Positions 23,934-32,232 of a DNA stretch of 64,000 nucleotides are shown here, piece by piece; the stretch's first letter is position 1, and every line of letters begins with the position of its first letter. Source of the DNA: Actinomycetes bacterium (lineage in GTDB: Bacteria; Actinomycetota; Humimicrobiia; Humimicrobiales; Humimicrobiaceae); NCBI GenBank assembly GCA_022396035.1, contig JAIOXO010000001.1:129769-193768 (forward strand), read 5' to 3'. The position numbers were made by a program, and so were the translations under genes. The notes under the pieces are model-generated. The model was not told where the DNA came from and made no database searches. It saw only the letters and a list, made by a program, of their open reading frames with translations.

Positions 23934-24251
23934 TTAACCCTTTTTATTTTTTTTAAACATGTTAAGCATACGGTCGGTAACCACAAATCCTCCGGCAACG
24001 TTTAGCGTGCCAAAAAGTACGGCCATTATTCCCAGCACCAATTCAAGTGAGAATTCGGAAAGATCAGCATGTCCTAAAAGAATGATGCCCCCGATAATAA
24101 TTACCCCGCTAATTGCATTAGCTCCAGACATAAGCGGCGTATGTAGTACAGAGGGTACATTTGAAATTACTTCAATGCCAAGGAATATAGACAATAAAAT
24201 AATAAAAATGGCTTCCCTGTTTTCACTAAAATAGATAAGTACCTGTTCCAT
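23934..24251 (-). CDS. pntAB: NAD(P) transhydrogenase subunit alpha part 2 (membrane)
   Basis: About 100 aa with 3 TM helices, between pntAA and pntB; classical split-alpha arrangement. Confidence 0.85.
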   Translation of the reverse strand: MEQVLIYFSENREAIFIILLSIFLGIEVISNVPSVLHTPLMSGANAISGVIIIGGIILLGHADLSEFSLELVLGIMAVLFGTLNVAGGFVVTDRMLNMFKKNKKG

Positions 24252-24261
24252 AGCTTTAGAT

Positions 24262-25383
24262 TTATATCACTGATTTTACTCGTTCGTTTACAATTTTACC
24301 CTTATGAGTCAGACAAGTTCCCTTTACAATCTCGTCTTCAAAATTAAGCTCAAGATTTCCTTCCTCATCAATAATCAGTTTCAGAAAATTAAGTATATTT
24401 TTCCCGAACATGTTACTTGCAACATTGGGCATGTCTGATGGGTAATTTGATTTACCTATAATCGTAACCTTATTATACTGAATCACTTCGTTATTCTGGG
24501 TAATTTGGCAATTACCTCCCGTAGATGCTGCCAAGTCCACAATAACTGAACCAGCCTTCATATTTTCAACCGTTTCTTTATGTATCAATATGGGTGCTTT
24601 TTTACCAGGAATTTGTGCAGTACAAATGACCACGTCGGCAGCCAAAGAATGCCTGTGTATCAATTCACCCTGCCGTTTTTTAAAGTCCTGCGTCTGGTCA
24701 ACAGCATAACCACCTGTATTCTTACCCACAGTTACACCTTCAACCTCTATAAATCTGCCTCCCAGGCTTTCCACCTCTTCTTTTACCGCCGCCCGTACAT
24801 CAAATACCTCAACCACAGCACCTAATTTTCGCGATATGGCAATAGCCTGCAAGCCTGCTACACCTGCTCCCAGGATTAGCACTTTTGCCGGTTTGATGGT
24901 ACCCACCGCTGACATAAACATCGGAAAAAACCTTGGTAAATGAAAAGCCGCATCAAGGACAGCTTTATAGCCAGCAATGGTAGCCATGGAGGATAGTGTA
25001 TCCATTGCTTGTGCCCGGGTAATCCGGGGTATTAGCTCCATGCTAAAAGAGGTAATTTCATTCTCAGCCAAGCCTGCTACAAGCTCCTTATTGAAAAAAG
25101 GGTTGAGTATTGCCACTATTACTTTCTCCCGGGACAGTAACTTTAACTCACTTTGGCCAAAAGGATTAATCATTATCAACATATCTGATTTTTTGAATAT
25201 TTCTTCTCTGGCTGCGATTGAGGCGCCGGCTTCCCTATACTCAGAATCAGAAACCATCGACCGTTCCCCGGCCCCTTTTTCAACACCCACATTCACCTTT
25301 AGAGCTGTGAGTGCTTTCACCACTTCGGCCATTATAGCTACACGATTTTCATAACCTGGTTCTTTGAGTATGCCTAGCTCCAT
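24262..25383 (-). CDS. pntAA: NAD(P) transhydrogenase subunit alpha part 1 (AlaDH-like dI domain)
   Basis: Rossmann motif VLILGAGVAGLQAIAI; AlaDH/PNT N- and C-domains. Confidence 0.9.
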   Translation of the reverse strand: MELGILKEPGYENRVAIMAEVVKALTALKVNVGVEKGAGERSMVSDSEYREAGASIAAREEIFKKSDMLIMINPFGQSELKLLSREKVIVAILNPFFNKELVAGLAENEITSFSMELIPRITRAQAMDTLSSMATIAGYKAVLDAAFHLPRFFPMFMSAVGTIKPAKVLILGAGVAGLQAIAISRKLGAVVEVFDVRAAVKEEVESLGGRFIEVEGVTVGKNTGGYAVDQTQDFKKRQGELIHRHSLAADVVICTAQIPGKKAPILIHKETVENMKAGSVIVDLAASTGGNCQITQNNEVIQYNKVTIIGKSNYPSDMPNVASNMFGKNILNFLKLIIDEEGNLELNFEDEIVKGTCLTHKGKIVNERVKSVI

Positions 25384-25470
25384 TATATTTCCAATAAGCC
25401 TTGTTTCGATTATTAAACTTCTTAATGTTGTAAAGTCTCCAAAGATATATTGTTTCCTTTTATCATCATT

Positions 25471-25522
25471 ATACCCTTACCCTGTATCTGTACAGGGTAC
25501 ATGTATTGTTTATAAATGTCAA
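25471..25522 (-). promoter_or_regulatory. Palindromic operator (TACCCTGTA-tctg-TACAGGGTA) plus -35 box upstream of pntAAB, homologous to the copper-operon operator
   Basis: Perfect inverted repeat at 25478-25499 with a flanking TATAAT on the minus strand and TTGACA (25522..25517). Aligns with 19598-19650 except for a 13-nt insertion. Confidence 0.35.
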
Positions 25523-25614
25523 GCCCCCGAATTAATTTTGTCATTTAAGTTTTATCTATGAAAAGTGCACACCTCAGGCTATAATCAGACCAAAAACAGA
25601 AAGGTCACAAGATT

Positions 25615-26650
25615 ATGGCGCAGATCCACAAAAGGTTTGGTTATAATGAGGTAAAAGCCCTTCTTGGAAAATACATAAAGAAGGAAGTGGAAAGAAAATA
25701 TATTGAAGAGATTTTGGGCATTAAGAAAAGAAGGTTCTTTGAACTTTTAAAAAGTTACAAGGAGGACCCAGATTCCTTTACCGTAAAGTATAAGAGAAAA
25801 AAACCCACAAGAAGGATTGGCAAAGAAACAGAAGAGGCCATACTGACTGAGCTGAAGATAGAAAAAGACCTCATAGATTTAGATGATAATCCCATAGTAG
25901 ACTATAACTACAGCTATATAAAGGACAGGCTTGAAAGCAAGCACTATACAAAGGCAGCACTGCCCACCATAATTGACAGGGCTAAAAGATATGGATTTTA
26001 CATGAAGAAAAAAAGGAAAGCTGCGCCATGACCGGGAAGTGGTCACAAAGTATGCCGGAGAACTCATACAGCATGACAGCTCCCACCACAAGTGGAGTCC
26101 CTGTTCGGATAAGAAATGGTATCTTATCACCTCCACCGGTGACTGCAGCAGATTCCTTCTCTACTGAAACCTGGTGGAGACCGAGACTTCCTGGGCTCAT
26201 ATATGTGCTATAGAGGATGTGGCCCTAGCTTACGGGCTTGCCTACTCCTATTATTTTGATTGCCACTCCATATTCAGATTTGTCCAGGGCAGGGACTCTT
26301 TCTGGAGAAAGCATTATAAGGTGACAGATGATGTAGACCCCCAGGTAAAAAAGATACTAATAGATCCGGGAGTAAAGGTAAGATATCCACTCCTCTCCAC
26401 AGGCAAAAGGCCGGATAGAGCGGTTGTGGGGGGTTTCTGTAGGACAGACTGTTGGTAGAGTTTAGCCTAAACGGGATAAAAGATATTGATTCTGCCAATC
26501 TGTTTATGGGTAAGTATATTAAAAAATTTAACCAAAGATTTTCTGTGGTTTCCAAGGGGGAACCTGTTTTCAGGAAACTTTCTCAGGCAATAAATATCGA
26601 TTATATACTGTGCTCTAAAACCCCCAGAAACTTGATAACGGTTTGAGCAT
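25615..26650 (+). pseudogene. ISNCY/IS481-like transposase, frameshifted and 3'-truncated
   Basis: Four consecutive ORFs in shifting frames (25615..26031, 26028..26213, 26174..26458, 26452..26646). N-terminal HTH. GELIQHDSSHHKW integrase-core start motif (compare GELVQIDGSxHxW). Lacks the C-terminal YNxxRPH part, which resembles the remnant at 9968-10362. Confidence 0.55.
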
Positions 26651-26892
26651 TTACATTTAAGGGAGAGGCTACTATCAGCTGATATCCGGCCGAAAGCCTG
26701 CTGCCACTATTGCCCGTTTTAAGCTAAAGGTACTTCTAAGCAGCCGGATAGAAATAAAGGCAGAGTATCGGGCAAGGTATACTCTCTTGCCAGGATAGAA
26801 AAACCTAAAGCTAAAGGAGGCTAGAAGGTTAAAAAAGACAGAAGGATTACTCATAAAAAGGTAAAACGTATGGATCCCATAGCTTTGACAGG

Positions 26893-26927
26893 TATTAATA
26901 TGGTGGAGGCGGCGGGAATCGAACCCG
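26893..26927. repeat. Direct repeat (attL-like): duplicated 3' end of ssrA (27 nt of the tmRNA acceptor/T-arm plus 8 nt of downstream flank)
   Basis: tattaatatggtggaggcggcgggaatcgaacccg is 35/35 identical to 32837..32871, which forms the authentic tmRNA 3' end. Confidence 0.7.
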
Positions 26928-27101
26928 AAGGTTACTGCATCTTAATAGCTATTATGCACAGTTATTGGGTATTGCCTTATAGGGCCTTCCCTATATCTGA
27001 CCTGCTAAAGTTTAGAATTCAGGATTTGTTCCAATTTATTTGCTTTTATGGGGTTGTGTTCAGTCCTTGACATTTTCTTGACATCTAAGACCAAAACCTT
27101 G

Positions 27102-28130
27102 TTATTGGGGGTAATAGAGGTCCTGATACCACTGGACCCAATCAGTTGATAACGGGTTATCTACTTCCTTCACTCTTTTTATAAGCTTATCGGATGTAAA
27201 TGCGAAAAATCTATCGCTGTGGTCTATTAGCTTCTCATATTTTGATATGGTTGGCTCTAGTGATTTGTTGTCAGGATGATAAACAACTGAAAAATATACC
27301 TTTTTATATGGCCATTGAGATGGGCTGGAAGATTCAATACTTGTAGCAAGGAGCTGATTGCGCCATAACTGGTTCATACCCCCCTTAAAGGGGCATTGGT
27401 CATATTTACTGATCAGGTCAGCCTTAAATGGAGATACCTCTCCCAGAGTAATGTTCCAATAGCTGTAGTTACACTTGCTATGATAATAGCAGCGATTAGG
27501 ATCCTTAAGTATTGAACTTGCAGGATAGCATTTATGGCATGGCAAACATCCTTTGGCTTTATATCCCCCACAGGTGGTAAATTCTTTTTCAGTCAATTTA
27601 TGTTCGATTAACCACAGGTTAAGATTGCCCTCATAATCATAATAGGCAATCGCTATATCTGCATCAGTACCGCTTGCCTTATTGTGATCACGTAGCATAT
27701 TATCCGGCTCATCCCAAAACTCGATTCTAAATCCACTGTCAAGAAAGCCAGTTGCGATCTGTTTGAGATCTTCTTTAACACAGCTTAAAACCTTATCAGC
27801 AGTGTTGGGATCTTCCAATATTGGTAAAAATAAGTTGGCGCATGCGGCTTGAGAGCTTGCCATGTTAGCCCCTAAAAACTTATGACTCTTAAAATGTAAT
27901 TTCTGCTGATGGGATAAGAAGTGTTTCTTTACACTCGGGTATAACGGATACAATTGGCCCCTTAACTTGTCAGGGATAAACAAGTCGTAATAAATACCTC
28001 TATATAAACCTGGGTCCTTGCATATATTGGCCCATTTCCAGTCAATTAAATGAGTATATATCTTAAGCTGAAAGTCTGTAAGCACACTAGGAAGCCGGTA
28101 TTCTTTTCCGTTTATTTTATAAATCTTCAT
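27102..28130 (-). CDS. PD-(D/E)xK-like nuclease-fold protein with a C-terminal Cys-rich zinc ribbon, uncharacterised
   Basis: Candidate catalytic core D..(DADIAIAYY)..LWLIEHK (D / E-x-K). CxxC-rich segment CGGYKAKGCLPCHKCY...CYYHSKC. No signal peptide. 22-nt gap to the upstream EEP gene (operon). Confidence 0.4.
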   Translation of the reverse strand: MKIYKINGKEYRLPSVLTDFQLKIYTHLIDWKWANICKDPGLYRGIYYDLFIPDKLRGQLYPLYPSVKKHFLSHQQKLHFKSHKFLGANMASSQAACANLFLPILEDPNTADKVLSCVKEDLKQIATGFLDSGFRIEFWDEPDNMLRDHNKASGTDADIAIAYYDYEGNLNLWLIEHKLTEKEFTTCGGYKAKGCLPCHKCYPASSILKDPNRCYYHSKCNYSYWNITLGEVSPFKADLISKYDQCPFKGGMNQLWRNQLLATSIESSSPSQWPYKKVYFSVVYHPDNKSLEPTISKYEKLIDHSDRFFAFTSDKLIKRVKEVDNPLSTDWVQWYQDLYYPQ

Positions 28131-28151
28131 AATCTTTTAGCTTAAGACTAT

Positions 28152-28883
28152 CTAAAAATCCATTTCAATTAATACTATATTGTGATCGCTAAATCTTCTG
28201 ACCTCTTCATTGTCTAGGATCTCATATTTTAAAAACATGCCCTTAAGGGAATTGCTCATAAAAAAGTAGTCATTTTGCCAGGTTTTTTTACTTTTTGCAT
28301 GACGAAGTTTTTGCACATAATCTTTGTTATCAGATAACTTGTAAACATCACTTAATCCAAAATCCTTGATTCTATCAAAAAGAATCTGGTGAGACCTGTT
28401 ACCCTGAATATCATCGAGCTGTGTGCTTGCATTTAGGTCACCGCCCATTACAATCTTTCTATTCCCTCCGATGTGCCCATTAAACAGACCGGTTAGGTCT
28501 GATATTATCCGATGAAGGTTTGTAATGGAATACCCTTTGCAAGGGCCATTGGATTCCATAAGGCCATACAGGGATATAAAGGTTATCATATGGCCACCTA
28601 TTTTTATATTTCCAATTACAAAGGCTCCCCTAAATTGTGTATCTAGTTCCTCTTGGACTAACTTGTACTTTGGACTGTAAATGCCTGAACCCCAATTGCG
28701 GCTTTGGCCAATCATTTCCCAAACAAGGTTAGCCTCCTGGTTTTTTATTTCCTTGGTTGGGCTTGCTTCCTGGAAAAGATAGATATCCGCTTTTACACCA
28801 TTTAAGAAGTAATCCCATGCTTGGCCCTGCAAGGATTGGTGTTTCCAGTAATCCATATTCCAGGTTGTAATTCTTATAATCAT
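28152..28883 (-). CDS. Endonuclease/exonuclease/phosphatase (EEP, DNase I-like) family protein, cytoplasmic
   Basis: All EEP catalytic motifs present: ITTWN (Asn), YLFQE (Glu), GGDLN (Asp/Asn), SDHN (Asp-His). No signal peptide. Confidence 0.8.
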   Translation of the reverse strand: MIIRITTWNMDYWKHQSLQGQAWDYFLNGVKADIYLFQEASPTKEIKNQEANLVWEMIGQSRNWGSGIYSPKYKLVQEELDTQFRGAFVIGNIKIGGHMITFISLYGLMESNGPCKGYSITNLHRIISDLTGLFNGHIGGNRKIVMGGDLNASTQLDDIQGNRSHQILFDRIKDFGLSDVYKLSDNKDYVQKLRHAKSKKTWQNDYFFMSNSLKGMFLKYEILDNEEVRRFSDHNIVLIEMDF

Positions 28884-28988
28884 ATTTACCCTATTAGTTT
28901 CTAATAGCTCTAGCCCTAAAGGGCTGCCTTCTAATAGTTAAGTTTGATTATAATAAAATATGTGTTTGTTATCTATCACCAAATTTAT

Positions 28989-29057
28989 GCACTTCTTCTT
29001 CCAAATATGGGAAGAGATGCGGTAAAGCAATTGGAGGGGATACTGGCAAAAATTTAT
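28989..29057. repeat. Conserved palindromic element, copy 1 (GCAC TTCTTCTTCC-aaatatg-GGAAGAGATGC...)
   Basis: About 70 nt, homologous to 31001-31075; central perfect inverted repeat TCTTCC-N8-GGAAGA. Confidence 0.5.
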
Positions 29058-29490
29058 TTCATATATACTTAAAGTAAAAAAGGGTTATCTAAAAATCCCT
29101 GTTTTTGCTCGTTAATTAGCTCCTATTCAACCTTTATTTCACCATTAAAAAAAATAACTGTAATGCTGCTTTTACTCTATTGTCAGCTATTGCCTAAATT
29201 ATGAAATGCTAAAAATTACTGTCGGCCCGTTTTATATAGCAAAAACCCAAGAAATATTTCTCGGGAAGCTATCTTCTTATTCTTTATTGTTCGATACTAT
29301 TCTTTGCCCATGGAATAGGACAAGCTTCGAACCTATTTGGTGGGAAAACAATCAATAAAATTCACCTATCTTATTCAATCTCTGCACCTGCAATTTCTAT
29401 TACGGTGAGAGACTGGACAGCCTCGAACTTATTCAATTAAAATTTATCTTTCTTACGCATCAAACCAACCTTCAGTACATACACCAGCTT

Positions 29491-29540
29491 TTTTTATTTG
29501 AAATAAAAGGAAGACCGCCTATTAAGCGATCTTCCCTTGT
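29491..29540 (-). terminator. Rho-independent terminator after the secreted-protein gene
   Basis: Minus-strand hairpin GGAAGATCGC..GGCGGTCTTCC followed by TTTTATTT, immediately 3' of the stop at 29550. Confidence 0.5.
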
Positions 29541-29549
29541 GATTAGTCG

Positions 29550-30548
29550 TTATTGTCTAATCATATTCCACTCTGCAGGTTCTCCATCTTCGCCCCTGTA
29601 CTCTCCATCATTACCATGTCTACTTATGCCACTAGCTGTATCACAATCAACCATGATGCCCTCATATTCTGCGAAGTAACCATCATCAACGTAACCTTCT
29701 CTGTTGTAATGCATTTCGATTATATCTCCCACGACAGTGCCTTCGATATTGCCCCAGATAATGTTTTCATCTGGGTGCCACCTTTTACCAGTAAACGTCC
29801 CATCTGCTTGCTGCTCATCTATGACTATTAAACTGGTACTCCTAGTTCCTACTGTCTGAGACCAAGTGCCAATTATGTCATGGCTGAGCTGGAACTCACT
29901 TGATAGGGCGCTAGTGCCTGTCCAATTTCTAATTTCAGAGTCTTTGACCCAAATCCTGAGCTGATATGTTCCAACTGTTTCATAAGACAACCCCTCAAAT
30001 ATGACTTCACCATTAGCATCTGTGAACTCAGAACCTGGGAAATCTTTTTCTCTTATTAAACTTGCCTTCATTTCAAGGCCTTCAACAGGATTGCCGTGAA
30101 CGTCTTTCACTATAGCAGTTGGATAGTTACCTTCAAGGTCTTTAATCTCTTGGCACACAAAACCGTCTGCAATATCTACCACATATTCTATAGACAGACC
30201 TGTTGGAATACCCGCTCCTAACCCTACCAGATAGTTGTATACTGCCTGATAATAAGCCTCTTCGTCACACTTTTCTATAAAGGTTTCTCCGTCCCAATCA
30301 CCATACCAATTATAGGCCGGGAACGCAGCCTTGTTAGTCATTGTCTGGGCAACATCTCTAATGTAGTTGCCTCCATCACGACCCGATCCATATCGAGCAT
30401 CTACCCCTGCTTCTTCTAATAGTTGACCTGCTATATCGGGTGCCGCAAGACACTCATCAGTATTATTTTCTTCTCCCAGTAATACAGCCGGAAAACTGAA
30501 CATAACCACCAGCGATATCACCAGTATTGCAATTATTAGCTTTTTCAC
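29550..30548 (-). CDS. Secreted acidic hypothetical protein (Sec signal peptide)
   Basis: MKKLIIAILVISLVVMFSFPAVLLG signal; no recognisable catalytic motif; preceded by a paralogous structured leader. Confidence 0.55.
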   Translation of the reverse strand: MKKLIIAILVISLVVMFSFPAVLLGEENNTDECLAAPDIAGQLLEEAGVDARYGSGRDGGNYIRDVAQTMTNKAAFPAYNWYGDWDGETFIEKCDEEAYYQAVYNYLVGLGAGIPTGLSIEYVVDIADGFVCQEIKDLEGNYPTAIVKDVHGNPVEGLEMKASLIREKDFPGSEFTDANGEVIFEGLSYETVGTYQLRIWVKDSEIRNWTGTSALSSEFQLSHDIIGTWSQTVGTRSTSLIVIDEQQADGTFTGKRWHPDENIIWGNIEGTVVGDIIEMHYNREGYVDDGYFAEYEGIMVDCDTASGISRHGNDGEYRGEDGEPAEWNMIRQ

Positions 30549-30635
30549 GATTTCCCCCTCTTATATGTTTTATAATTTGTTAAACTGGTTTAAGAATAAA
30601 ACAGCCCCTCTCTCTAAACATTGTATTTTTCTTAG

Positions 30636-30740
30636 AAATAAAAAACCGACCAAACTTAAATCAATTTAGTCGGTTACGCTACTCACTCCACTTCCCTAAG
30701 CGTCCATCTTTGGGTAAGCTTCAGTGTACCTAAATTATTA
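30636..30740 (-). promoter_or_regulatory. Structured 5' leader element, copy 1 (conserved stem-loop, alternative pairing, intrinsic terminator); candidate riboswitch/attenuator
   Basis: Paralogous to 32128-32232. Minus strand reads GAAGCTTACCCAAAGATGGACGCTTAGGGAAG..AGTAGCGTAACCGAC-loop-GTCGGTTTTTTATTT. The terminator hairpin sits about 90 nt upstream of the start codon. ACGCT in the first loop can pair with AGCGT abutting the terminator 5' arm. Confidence 0.45.
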
Positions 30741-31000
30741 TATATGTATTAAATTATTATAATGTTTCAATGTAATATAATTATATTTTAATGTCAATTA
30801 ATAATTTGTTTATTTCGTGACCAATTAACTTTGCTAAACTACTTCTTATTAAACCCTTGCCGTTTTCAGCACTCAACCTACGATTGGCGCTAAAAGGTAA
30901 TGGTCCCTTAGAATTGTCTGACGGTTATATAGTGGAGGCGACAGAAATCGCATTTCTTAAGAATCAGATATTCAAAACCCAACATTGCACATTATATATG

Positions 31001-31075
31001 CATAGCTTCTTCCTAATATAGGAAGAGATGCTGCGTAAAACCATTTGAAGATATGCTGGCAAGGGGATCTTTATA
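31001..31075. repeat. Conserved palindromic element, copy 2 (GCATAGCTTCTTCC-taatata-GGAAGAGATGC...)
   Basis: Homologous to 28989-29057; central inverted repeat TCTTCCTA-TAT-TAGGAAGA; located 60 nt 3' of the LPXTG gene stop. Confidence 0.5.
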
Positions 31076-31080
31076 AACAA

Positions 31081-31114
31081 ATAAGCGGGCACCTATTTTT
31101 AGATGCCCGCTTAT
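31081..31114 (-). terminator. Rho-independent terminator after the LPXTG-protein gene
   Basis: Perfect hairpin ATAAGCGGGCA..TGCCCGCTTAT followed by a T-rich tract on the minus strand. Confidence 0.45.
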
Positions 31115-31134
31115 CTAGACCCGTATTAATAATT

Positions 31135-32088
31135 TTAAGGAGTATTCCTTCTTAGCTTATTTGCTGCAACCATGAGGCCGCCGCCGGCAACAAGCATTCC
31201 CAGTCCCATAAAGACATATACCCAATCAAATCCGGTATAGGGTAGTTCTTCGGTAACACCTAATACTTCTACAGTTTCTTCGGTTATTCCTGCTGTTTCC
31301 ACTACTTCTTCCCCGGAGACTGTAACTTCTTCAACTTTCCCCATAATTCCAAAGTCTACATAAATAGAGTGATCTGCAGAGACATTTTCAAATGTGTATG
31401 TTTCTACTGCTCCTATGTATGCTCCATCAACCGAAACATCGGAAATCTCATAATTTTCATCCCTGGGTGTTATTGTATAGGTCTGGTTTTCACCCTCTGT
31501 TACTGCTAGCTCACCAAGGGGGGTTATAGTTCCACCATTACCAGTTGAAGAAGTTATAACATATGTAGCAAGAGGCAGCACTTCAACTGCCAGAGATGAA
31601 ACCGGTGTACTTTTTTTGGGCTCTTCATTTTGTTTTTCAGTTACAGTAATAGTAGATGTGGATTCATCACTTCCATTCCCATCTCCATCTGGTGTGAAAT
31701 AATTGTAAGTAACTGTAGCCTTATTTATCAACTCTCCAATGTCATCTTCTGTAACAACATATTCGTAATTAATGGTGTAAGGAAAATCATCTTTAAATAG
31801 GGTACCGATATCTCCTTTTTCACCTAAATCTACGAGGCTATCCACCACCTTAACATTCCGGAATTCTTCTCCAAGTCCTGACAAATCAAGTTGTTGCGCA
31901 TTGGCAACATATCCATCTACTCCCTCTTCTGGATTTGGAGGTGAACTTTGATAACTTAAGACTATAGTATGGGTTACAGTATCTCCCGGGTTGGCTTCAG
32001 TCTTGTCAGCAGATTTGCTTATAGATACGCAACCGGACATAAATACCACTAATCCAATTAGTGTAGCGATAGTTAAAAACTTTTTCAT
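31135..32088 (-). CDS. Cell-surface protein with lipoprotein-type signal peptide and C-terminal LPXTG (LPYTG) sortase anchor
   Basis: Probable true start at the MKKFLTIATLIGLVVFMSGC lipobox; the ORF track starts 10 codons earlier at 32118. C-terminal LPYTG plus a hydrophobic stretch plus KLRRNTP. Acidic repeat-rich body. Confidence 0.7.
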   Translation of the reverse strand: MKKFLTIATLIGLVVFMSGCVSISKSADKTEANPGDTVTHTIVLSYQSSPPNPEEGVDGYVANAQQLDLSGLGEEFRNVKVVDSLVDLGEKGDIGTLFKDDFPYTINYEYVVTEDDIGELINKATVTYNYFTPDGDGNGSDESTSTITVTEKQNEEPKKSTPVSSLAVEVLPLATYVITSSTGNGGTITPLGELAVTEGENQTYTITPRDENYEISDVSVDGAYIGAVETYTFENVSADHSIYVDFGIMGKVEEVTVSGEEVVETAGITEETVEVLGVTEELPYTGFDWVYVFMGLGMLVAGGGLMVAANKLRRNTP

Positions 32089-32127
32089 TACTTGTCTTTC
32101 TTTGTAGTAATTTATCAAAACTCTAAT

Positions 32128-32232
32128 TAAAAAATAAAAAACCGACTAATTAAATTTAGTCGGTTACGCTACTTGCTCTGCTTTTCCCAAGCGTCCAGAT
32201 TCGAGAAAAGCTTCAAAGCATCTAAATCTTAT
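32128..32232 (-). promoter_or_regulatory. Structured 5' leader element, copy 2 (paralogue of 30636-30740)
   Basis: Same architecture: stem GCTTTTC..GAAAAGC (a compensatory change relative to copy 1's CTT(A)CCC/GGGAAG), conserved TGGACGCTT loop, AGTAGCGTAACCGAC, and terminator ACCGACTAAAT..ATTTAGTCGGT plus T7. Confidence 0.45.

Noticed and set aside
26870-27070. Plus-strand 66-aa ORF spanning the left direct repeat
   Set aside because: Its translation (GGGNRTRRLL...) merely reads through the duplicated tmRNA 3' fragment, so it is not a gene.
30636-32232. c-di-GMP-I (GEMM) riboswitch assignment for the paralogous leaders
   Set aside because: Only a short GGACGC stretch resembles the GEMM consensus. 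The P1/P2 tetraloop-receptor architecture is not evident. Left as an unclassified structured leader.
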